Positions 53,209-59,881 of a stretch of DNA of 59,881 nucleotides are shown here, piece after piece. A program made the position numbers and the translations under genes. The notes beneath the pieces are model-generated. The model was not told the DNA's origin and did no database searches. It saw nothing but the letters and a program-made list of their open reading frames with translations. The stretch lies in the NCBI GenBank assembly GCA_041750915.1, contig JBGSYJ010000248.1, forward strand, positions 1 through 59,881. Reading direction: 5' to 3'. The stretch comes from Thermoanaerobaculia bacterium (GTDB taxonomy: Bacteria > Acidobacteriota > Thermoanaerobaculia > Gp7-AA8). Position 1 is the first letter of the stretch. Each line of letters begins with the position of its first letter.

Positions 53209-54534
53209 ATGGCGCGCGTCAGGATCATTGGAGGTGGGCTCGCCGGCTCGGAGTGCGCGTACGGGCTTGCCAGGCGTGGCCACCGCGTAACGCTCGTCGA
53301 GATGCGGCCCGTCCGGATGACGGCCGCACACCAGACTGGAAACCTCGCGGAACTCGTCTGCTCGAACTCCTTCCGCTCGAGCTCCGTCACAAATGCAGTT
53401 GGGCTCCTGAAGCGGGAGATGCAGCTTCTCGATTCGCTCACGATCCGCTGCGCGACGGAAGCCCGGGTACCTGCGGGTGATGCCTTCGCCGTCGATCGCG
53501 AGCGCTTCGCTGCACTCATGACGAATATCATTGAATCGGAGGAGGCTATCGATGTCGTTCGCGGTGAAGCCGCAACTCTCGACAGAGACGGCTACGATTT
53601 TCTCGTGATCGCGACGGGCCCGTTGACGAGCGGAACCCTTTTCGACGCAATCAGCGCGCGGCTCGGAAGCGACGGACTCTATTTCTACGATGCGATCGCA
53701 CCGATCGTTGCAGCTGACTCGCTCGACATGTCGAAGCTCTACTGGAAGTCCCGTTACGGAAAGGGCGACGCCAGCGACTACCTGAACGCCGCGATGAACC
53801 GCGACGAGTACGAATCGTTCATCGAAGCGCTTCTGGGCGCTGAGCTCTATCCGCTTCACGACTTCGAGAAGGCAGCGCATTTCGAAGGGTGCCTTCCCGT
53901 CGAAGAGATCGCATCGCGGGGAATCGAGACGCTGCGCTTCGGGCCGATGAAGCCGGTCGGGCTCGAGCACCCGATCACGGGTGAGCGTCCCCACGCCGTC
54001 GTGCAGCTTCGCAAGGAAGATCTCTCGGATGAGTTCTTCAACCTGGTCGGATTTCAGACGAAGATGAAGATCCCTGAGCAGAAACGGCTTCTGCGAATGA
54101 TCCCCGGCCTCGAGAACTGCGAAGTGGCGCGTTGGGGCTCTATGCATCGAAATACGTTCATTAATGGGCCGAGACATCTGAATGCGACATTCCAACTCCG
54201 CCAGGACCCTGCCATCTTCTTCGCGGGACAGATCACCGGGGTCGAAGGCTATGTCGAATCCGCAGCGACGGGTCTGCTCGTCGCCCGTTACATCGACGCT
54301 CTCTCCGAGGGCCGCACCCCCGAGGCGCTGCCGTATCACACTGCGATCGGCGCGCTCGGCCGGCACGTCGCCGAGTCATCACCGGATCGTTATCAGCCGT
54401 CGAACGTGACGTGGGCCCTGATCGAAGACAGGCTGGAACCGAAGAAGCGAAAGAAGGAGCAGAAGCGGCTCGACCAGGTGGATCTCGCCATCGCGGCCAT
54501 CAGCGAGCTCGCAGGAAATCCAGCTGCCGTCTGA
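53209..54534 (+). CDS. trmFO: Methylenetetrahydrofolate--tRNA-(uracil54-C5)-methyltransferase TrmFO (Gid)
   Basis: Trimmed to ATG 53209 (MARVRIIGGGLAGSECAY). CSNSFRS, FFAGQITGVEGYVESAA. Confidence 0.93.
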   Translation: MARVRIIGGGLAGSECAYGLARRGHRVTLVEMRPVRMTAAHQTGNLAELVCSNSFRSSSVTNAVGLLKREMQLLDSLTIRCATEARVPAGDAFAVDRERFAALMTNIIESEEAIDVVRGEAATLDRDGYDFLVIATGPLTSGTLFDAISARLGSDGLYFYDAIAPIVAADSLDMSKLYWKSRYGKGDASDYLNAAMNRDEYESFIEALLGAELYPLHDFEKAAHFEGCLPVEEIASRGIETLRFGPMKPVGLEHPITGERPHAVVQLRKEDLSDEFFNLVGFQTKMKIPEQKRLLRMIPGLENCEVARWGSMHRNTFINGPRHLNATFQLRQDPAIFFAGQITGVEGYVESAATGLLVARYIDALSEGRTPEALPYHTAIGALGRHVAESSPDRYQPSNVTWALIEDRLEPKKRKKEQKRLDQVDLAIAAISELAGNPAAV

Positions 54535-54570
54535 CGCGTCAGGCCAATGGCCTTGAAAACTAACGGAGAG

Positions 54571-54712
54571 GTGTCATCCTGAGCCGGCGAATGACGGACG
54601 GTCATTGTCGCGAGGGATGAACGAAGTGTCATCCTGAGCGAAGCGAAGGATCCCCTTCCTCGAGGCGTCACGGCAAGTCTTCAGGGGATCCTTCGCTTCG
54701 CTCAGGATGACA
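54571..54712. repeat. Solo F1-type end plus full F1 MITE-like palindrome
   Basis: gtgtcatcctgagccggcg at 54571. The full copy is at 54626-54712. Confidence 0.9.
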
Positions 54713-54748
54713 ATTCGTGGCTGAGCTCACGCCACCGACGGCCATGCG

Positions 54749-56413
54749 CTACTCTATATCGATGACCATATTCTCGAGCGGAATCTCTCCGCTCACCTGC
54801 CTTGCCGGCCGATCCTCGCGGGCTTCCCAGGCATCTCCACCGAGAACGCCTGCGAGAGAGTCGAGCCGGCCGATGAGGCGAAAACTCGGCATGACGAACG
54901 GCACCCCTTCGCTGGCCAGCACATCCGGCGCGTCGCCTATGTGAAAGTGGAGGTGAGGCGCCAGACTGTGACCCGAGTTGCCGATCCGACCCAGCTCGTC
55001 TGAGACCGCAACCATCTCGCCGGGCTTGACCCTGATCGATCCGGGACGAAGGTGAGCATAGACGGCGTACCTGCCGTCGCCTGCATCGATGATGACGGCA
55101 TTTCCGGGAGCGCTTTCGCGAGTCACCAGCTCTTCCGAAGGCGCCGCGAAGGGAGAATTCTCTTCCACGCCATCGATGACACTCACGACGCGTCCCGGTA
55201 ATGCCGCAAGCGCAGGAACGTCGTAGCCATACCAGTCCGAGTTGTCGCGGCCATCATTTCGAAAAAGCCTTCCGTCAGTTCCAAGCTTTGCCCAGTCGAC
55301 CGCGAATCTCTGCGGCACGCGGACCCGTCCATCGAGCGGAACGAGCGACCGGCGATGCCCTGATGAATTCGACGGTCCTCGGATCGAGACCCAGTTACCC
55401 GGAGGTACCGGCGCAGCCTGGAGCGACAACGCAGACCCGCTGACTTTCACGCTCGGGATTGCCAGCGCATCCGGGCTCGCCCCGTCTTCCCCTGCGGTGA
55501 CGAGACGATGTTCGAGAGTACCCGGTCGCTCCGCTCCGGATGGAAGTGTCAGCCATAGATAGAAGACGATCCTCTCCCCGGGCCCGAGGGCGAGGCCGTC
55601 GCGCCGCGTCGCAACCGGGAGACCAATCGTGACCGCTCGCTTCGCGAGTTCGCCCTCATCCCACATCTCGAGCCGTGCGCCACTTCCATCAGAGACCTCG
55701 AGCGAAAGCAGAAGAGTCTCTTTCTGAGCGAAGTTCGTCACATGAAGCTCGTAGACGAGATGCTCGCGGCCGAGCGCACGAACCGGCACCGGCGCCATCG
55801 GGACGACTGCCTCGAATGGGGTTGCGGAAACCATCTGAGCAGACGCTGATCCGCCCGCCGGAAGAAGCATTGCGAGCACGATCACGACAGGCCAGATCCG
55901 TAGCACATCGGGACGGGCGCCAATCCGTCGCTCCAGGATTTCTTTTCTGCTCACGAGAGCGTGCAACCGGCGATTGGCCCGTACGAACAGAACGACGGCG
56001 ACTGCAAGCATCACGGCGCCCAACCCCGCCGCAGCATATGCAGTGGACCGCACATCAGCAGCTGCGAACCCGAGGATGCAGGCTCCGAGGGTGAAAACGG
56101 CGGTGAAGATCATCGCCAGCCGCGCTGCGACTACTCGATGCCCGGCAAGAAAGAGTTTCGTTCGGGAAAGCGTTCGCGCAAAGAAGATCGCCCATGCGAT
56201 CGCGATCACGAGTAGCACTCCGAATGCGATCTGTGTGCGGAGCGGTAGGCCCCTCTCCGTGATCAGCAGTGATGCGACGACCGCTCCCATCGCGAGATCG
56301 AATAATAGAAGCATGGTGAACGCAGCGCGCGAGCGTGTAGTCAACTCAGTCTCGAGCGACCTGCGAATCTGCCGGGCTGTCGGGCGAGGCTCTACGATCA
56401 TCTCACTGCTCAT
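54749..56413 (-). CDS. Multi-TM protein fused to a periplasmic M23-like domain with altered first zinc motif (putative partner or anti-sigma of the adjacent ECF sigma)
   Basis: ATG 56413 overlaps the sigma stop (ATGA). About 30 cytoplasmic residues, then 4-5 hydrophobic helices. The M23 core has GNSGHSLAPHLHFHI, but the HxxxD position reads WYGYD. Confidence 0.75.
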   Translation of the reverse strand: MSSEMIVEPRPTARQIRRSLETELTTRSRAAFTMLLLFDLAMGAVVASLLITERGLPLRTQIAFGVLLVIAIAWAIFFARTLSRTKLFLAGHRVVAARLAMIFTAVFTLGACILGFAAADVRSTAYAAAGLGAVMLAVAVVLFVRANRRLHALVSRKEILERRIGARPDVLRIWPVVIVLAMLLPAGGSASAQMVSATPFEAVVPMAPVPVRALGREHLVYELHVTNFAQKETLLLSLEVSDGSGARLEMWDEGELAKRAVTIGLPVATRRDGLALGPGERIVFYLWLTLPSGAERPGTLEHRLVTAGEDGASPDALAIPSVKVSGSALSLQAAPVPPGNWVSIRGPSNSSGHRRSLVPLDGRVRVPQRFAVDWAKLGTDGRLFRNDGRDNSDWYGYDVPALAALPGRVVSVIDGVEENSPFAAPSEELVTRESAPGNAVIIDAGDGRYAVYAHLRPGSIRVKPGEMVAVSDELGRIGNSGHSLAPHLHFHIGDAPDVLASEGVPFVMPSFRLIGRLDSLAGVLGGDAWEAREDRPARQVSGEIPLENMVIDIE

Positions 56414-56970
56414 CTCGTCACTCCTTTTGCATTCAGCCGTTCGCGCATAATGCGCCTCGCGCGGTGAAGGCGCGATTTCACTGTTCCTACCGGAACTTCC
56501 AGTACCGCCGCCACTTCGTTGAGGTCCAGCTCCCGCAGATAGAACAGCGTCAGCGCCTCGCGCTCCGCCCACGGAAGATCCTCGAGAGTCTCATGCAGAG
56601 TTTCGTTCTCATCGAATGCGATCTCGTCGTTTTCGCTCGCGGCCAGAGGCTCGTCGTCCAGAGAAACCAGAACGGAATCTCCGTAACGTTGTCTCAGCCT
56701 GTCGACCACGGCGCGACGCGCGATACCGAACAGCCAGGGAGTCAGCCGCGATGGGTCGCGGAGGCGGTCGATACTTCGCAGTATCCGGAGCCAGACATCC
56801 TGATGGACTTCCTCGGCAATCGAGTCATCGCCGAGAAGTCGACGGACGTAGCGCCAGAGGGATGGATGCCAGCGCTCGACGAGTTCATCGATCGCGCCTC
56901 GTTCCCCGAGCTGGCAACGGATCGCCAGCAGCTCGAGCCGGAGGGCCGAGTCGTTTGTCGGTTCACTCAT
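56410..56970 (-). CDS. ECF-type RNA polymerase sigma factor
   Basis: Region 2 (EEVHQDVWLRILRS..PWLFGIARRAVVD) and region 4 (REALTLFYLRELDLNEVAAVLEVPVGTVKSRLHRAR). Confidence 0.9.
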   Translation of the reverse strand: MSEPTNDSALRLELLAIRCQLGERGAIDELVERWHPSLWRYVRRLLGDDSIAEEVHQDVWLRILRSIDRLRDPSRLTPWLFGIARRAVVDRLRQRYGDSVLVSLDDEPLAASENDEIAFDENETLHETLEDLPWAEREALTLFYLRELDLNEVAAVLEVPVGTVKSRLHRARRIMRERLNAKGVTR

Positions 56971-57115
56971 CGATCGTCTTCCGCATCACACAGGTATAGT
57001 CGCGCGTTACGGAAAAAGGTTCACGGGGAGTCGTGAATATTCGTGTCCGTCAGGAGAGTCTGTTCTGAGCCCGAAAATGGCTCACAAGTCATTTGTGGCG
57101 AGAAATGAACGAGCT

Positions 57116-57219
57116 TGTCATCCCGAGCCTGGTCGTGCGGGTGGGAGGGGCGAGGGACCTCGGGCGATGGTACATAGTTGCCTATCGGCCTCCACCACCC
57201 GCGCTCGCTCGGGATGACA
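57116..57219. repeat. MITE-like palindrome, family F3, internally deleted copy (104 bp)
   Basis: tgtcatcccgagcctggtcgtgcgggtgggaggggcgagggacctcgggcgatggtacatagttgcc...gctcgctcgggatgaca. Confidence 0.85.
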
Positions 57220-57254
57220 AGTCCTGAAGATTGCCGCGCGATTGTTGAGCGTCG

Positions 57255-57286
57255 CAAGATGATCCTTCGCTTCGCTCAGGATGACA
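57255..57286. repeat. F1-like half element (caagatgatccttcgcttcgctcaggatgaca)
   Basis: This is the uninterrupted version of the split remnant seen at 726-739 and 887-898. Confidence 0.8.
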
Positions 57287-57299
57287 AGTCCTTCAGATC

Positions 57300-59597
57300 C
57301 TAACCAACCGCAGACGCAGAAAGCTCGGCGGGTGAGTGGCTGTGGACGGGCAGCGAGAAATAAAACGTGGTTCCGGAGCCCTCGCGGCTTTCCACCCAGA
57401 TCGAACCGTTGTGCCGCTCGACGATCTGCTTGGAAATATAGAGGCCGAGTCCCAGACCGCCGTAGTTCGTCGACGATACCTGACGTCCGCGGTGGAACCG
57501 TTCGAACACCTGTCCCAACTCGTCCGCAGGAATGCCGATGCCCTTGTCGCGAATCGCAGTGACTACCTTGTCAGACTCCTCGCGCACATCGACGTATATC
57601 TCGCTGCCGTCCGGTGAGTACTTGACGGCGTTCTCGAGAAGGTTGCCGAGGACCTGCTCGAGCCGATCACGATCGCCGTGGACGGTCTTGCTGGCGGCGG
57701 GAACATTGAGATAGAACCGACGATTTTTCGACGCAGTGTGATGATGCTGGACTACGTCGCGAACGAAGTCGGACCAGCGCATCTCCTCCCGCCGTATCTC
57801 CAGACGCCCCGTCTCGATTCGTGAGACATCCAGCAGTTCTAGGATCAATCGCGACATCCTGTCGATCTGATCCAGCGCCACCTCGAGATACTCCTCGGAA
57901 GTTTTCAGGTCGTTCTCGCGAATCAGTGTCCGCGCGAGCTGCGTGTAGCCCTTGATGGACGTAACCGGAGTTCGGAGCTCGTGTGAAGCGATCGATAGAA
58001 ACTCGTCCTTCAGTCTCGACAGATCCTCCACCTTGCGGCGCGCCTCGACCTGCTCGGTGTAGAGTCGCGCATTCTCGATCGCCAGGGCGGCGCGCTCGGC
58101 CAGCACTTCCGCCAGCGGAAGCTTCTGGTCCGTCATCTGCCGTTCGGGATTGTTCGCGGCGATCACCAGCGCTCCGATGATCTCCCGCCGTGTGCGGAGA
58201 GGCAGAACGAGCAGTGACGCCATCTTCATCTGCACCGCATGGTAGGTAGTCGCCTCTTTCGGTGCGGAGACATCGAGGTTCGACGTCAGGGACGGATAGC
58301 CGCTGCTGATCACCTGACCAATGTTTCCCTCGCCGACCACCAGAGGCTGGCGATAGATGTACGACCACGCGAGTCCGAGGGAAGCCATGTCGGTGTGATA
58401 GATCGAGGCGACTTCGAGCTCTTTCGACTCGGGGGTCCTGAGAATGACGGCCGCCCAGTCTCCGAGCACCTCTGCAACCCTCTCCACAATGGCCTGCGTG
58501 ACCCAGACCGGATCGATGTTGCTCGCGAAGAAAGCGCCTGCGTCGGCGAGAATCTGCGCGCGCTCCGCCTGAGCCTGCATTTCGTCTTCGAGCCGTCGAC
58601 GCTCCGTAACGTCGCGAAACGACACGATGACGCCGGTGACTGCGTCGTCCTCTTTGATCGGCACGGCACTCATCGACAGGTCGACCCGTGTCCCATCACG
58701 ATCGATGGCCACGGAAACATCCTTCACAGGGCGCCCGGTTCCGAGTGCCTGGGCGGCGGGGATCTCATGCGGATCCATCGTGCTGCCGTCGGGGTTGCGA
58801 AATCCGAAGACGCCGGCCTGCTGTTCGATCGCAACGTCGGTGGCAGAAGTGCCGAGCAGGCTCACGCCCGCCGGGTTGATGAACTCGACCTTGGCGTCCG
58901 CATCGACGAGCATCACTCCGTCGGCCATCCCCCCGATCATCGCCTCGGTCCTCCGCACCTGCCGCGCAACGGAAGCCTCGAGGCGCCTCTCGATCCGCAT
59001 GACTGCGAATCCACCGAAGAAGATCGTTCCGAGCCCCACGACGACGAGCAGCACCGTCAGCGCATAGCGCAGACCATCGAGCTGTTCGATCGACTCCTTG
59101 CGCTTGACCATTTCCTGCTCGGCAAATACACCGGCGAAGTCGTAAGCCGATCTCCGACTCTTTGCGGCCTCGAGCACCTTGCCGATCGCGGCGTCCGTCA
59201 GTCCGTCTTCCGTCAGGACGATCTGCTCGTCCGACATTTTCTTCATCTCCTCGAAATGGGAGACCATCCCCTGAACCATCCGCTCGTCACGGGGCTCGCG
59301 AGCGAGTCCGAGCGATGCTGCCGCGGTCTTCTCGAAACTCCGAACTGCCTCGTCATACTGCGCGACGAAATCCGGCCGTCTCGTCAGGGTATATCCGCGA
59401 GACGCAGCGAGCATCGCGGCAATGTCCCGGTCCATCGACATCATCCGCTCGAGCAGGGGTGCGTAGACTTTGTCGATCCGGTCCTGCTGCTTCTTCTCGA
59501 GCTGCAGCACCCAGAGGTTGAGCGCAACTCCCCCTACAACCAGAAGGAACAGCGCGCCGAAGGCGGTCCAGAGGATCTTTCGAATCGACACGTTCAT
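57300..59597 (-). CDS. Sensor histidine kinase (two-TM helical sensor, CHASE3-like, then PAS, GAF, HisKA, HATPase_c)
   Basis: Trimmed to ATG 59597 (MNVSIRKILWTAFGALFLLVV). H-box SIASHELRTP, N-box LLENAVKYS, DKGIGI, GGLGLGLYI. Confidence 0.88.
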   Translation of the reverse strand: MNVSIRKILWTAFGALFLLVVGGVALNLWVLQLEKKQQDRIDKVYAPLLERMMSMDRDIAAMLAASRGYTLTRRPDFVAQYDEAVRSFEKTAAASLGLAREPRDERMVQGMVSHFEEMKKMSDEQIVLTEDGLTDAAIGKVLEAAKSRRSAYDFAGVFAEQEMVKRKESIEQLDGLRYALTVLLVVVGLGTIFFGGFAVMRIERRLEASVARQVRRTEAMIGGMADGVMLVDADAKVEFINPAGVSLLGTSATDVAIEQQAGVFGFRNPDGSTMDPHEIPAAQALGTGRPVKDVSVAIDRDGTRVDLSMSAVPIKEDDAVTGVIVSFRDVTERRRLEDEMQAQAERAQILADAGAFFASNIDPVWVTQAIVERVAEVLGDWAAVILRTPESKELEVASIYHTDMASLGLAWSYIYRQPLVVGEGNIGQVISSGYPSLTSNLDVSAPKEATTYHAVQMKMASLLVLPLRTRREIIGALVIAANNPERQMTDQKLPLAEVLAERAALAIENARLYTEQVEARRKVEDLSRLKDEFLSIASHELRTPVTSIKGYTQLARTLIRENDLKTSEEYLEVALDQIDRMSRLILELLDVSRIETGRLEIRREEMRWSDFVRDVVQHHHTASKNRRFYLNVPAASKTVHGDRDRLEQVLGNLLENAVKYSPDGSEIYVDVREESDKVVTAIRDKGIGIPADELGQVFERFHRGRQVSSTNYGGLGLGLYISKQIVERHNGSIWVESREGSGTTFYFSLPVHSHSPAELSASAVG

Positions 59598-59712
59598 GGG
59601 ATGAATTTCAGAGTCGACTTCACACTGCAAAATGGAGACCGCGAATGAGGATCGCTTGCTTCTTTCCATTTTCGCCCGGAATGATTTTTCCCTCAAGGCC
59701 TCTCAGGCGCAA

Positions 59713-59876
59713 GTGTCATCCTGAGCGCGAAACTGTGTGAAAAACTGCCGAAGTGTCATCCCGAGCGTCGAGCGAGGGATCTGGGTGGGGGCCTTTTGCT
59801 CGGGACACATCGATCTGCGTGCATTTTCGTCCCATGGACCACCGCCAGGATCCCTCGCTCGACGCTCGGGATGACA
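59713..59876. repeat. Solo F1-type end plus full F2 MITE-like palindrome
   Basis: gtgtcatcctgagcgcg at 59713. The F2 copy is at 59753-59876. This is the same solo-end-plus-F2 arrangement as at 25216-25374. Confidence 0.9.
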
Positions 59877-59881
59877 CGTTC

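Noticed and set aside
52710-54366. Minus-strand ORFs 52710..53531 (273 aa) and 53080..54366 (428 aa).
   Set aside because: They are antisense to tRNA-Pro, the DUF3467 gene and trmFO, all of which have strong family signatures. The minus-strand products are Arg-rich and featureless.

Overview
GC-rich bacterial chromosomal window. By inference only, from gene content and repeat families, it looks Acidobacteriota-like. It is mostly housekeeping and envelope genes. I found no rRNA, CRISPR array, transposase, integrase or obvious prophage or defence island.

Supported content:
- About 45 CDS. These include mpg, a cobalamin-riboswitch-controlled BtuB-like TonB receptor, a long MglA-like GTPase, and a second TonB receptor behind a His-rich protein and a FAD/Rieske oxidoreductase.
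- An SPFH/zinc-ribbon three-gene operon, an M16 peptidase pair, a MenC/NSAR-GNAT pair, DUF4388 and PilT.
- An EgtB-like enzyme and SOD, glmS, mnmA, maeB, and the tgt-yajC-secD-secF operon.
- A LolA-like protein, two M23 proteins, a GHMP-kinase fusion, a REC-ECF-sigma fusion next to an NtrC/hybrid-kinase pair, an ECF sigma with a multi-TM M23 partner, and trmFO.
- Three tRNAs: Ser-UGA, Ser-GCU and Pro-GGG.

The most unusual signal is non-coding.
- Nine loci carry long hairpin elements whose arms are variable-length 7-nt tandem arrays of four sequence types, clamped by CCCGCCC/GGGCGGG. They sit 4-10 nt from ORF ends. They supply stop codons in all three frames and replace the Shine-Dalgarno region of several genes.
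- Three size classes of MITE-like palindromes share TGTCATCC(Y)GAGC termini and are interleaved with the hairpin elements. One locus shows nested insertion.

Many long ORFs in the track are antisense shadows or read-through of these repeats.
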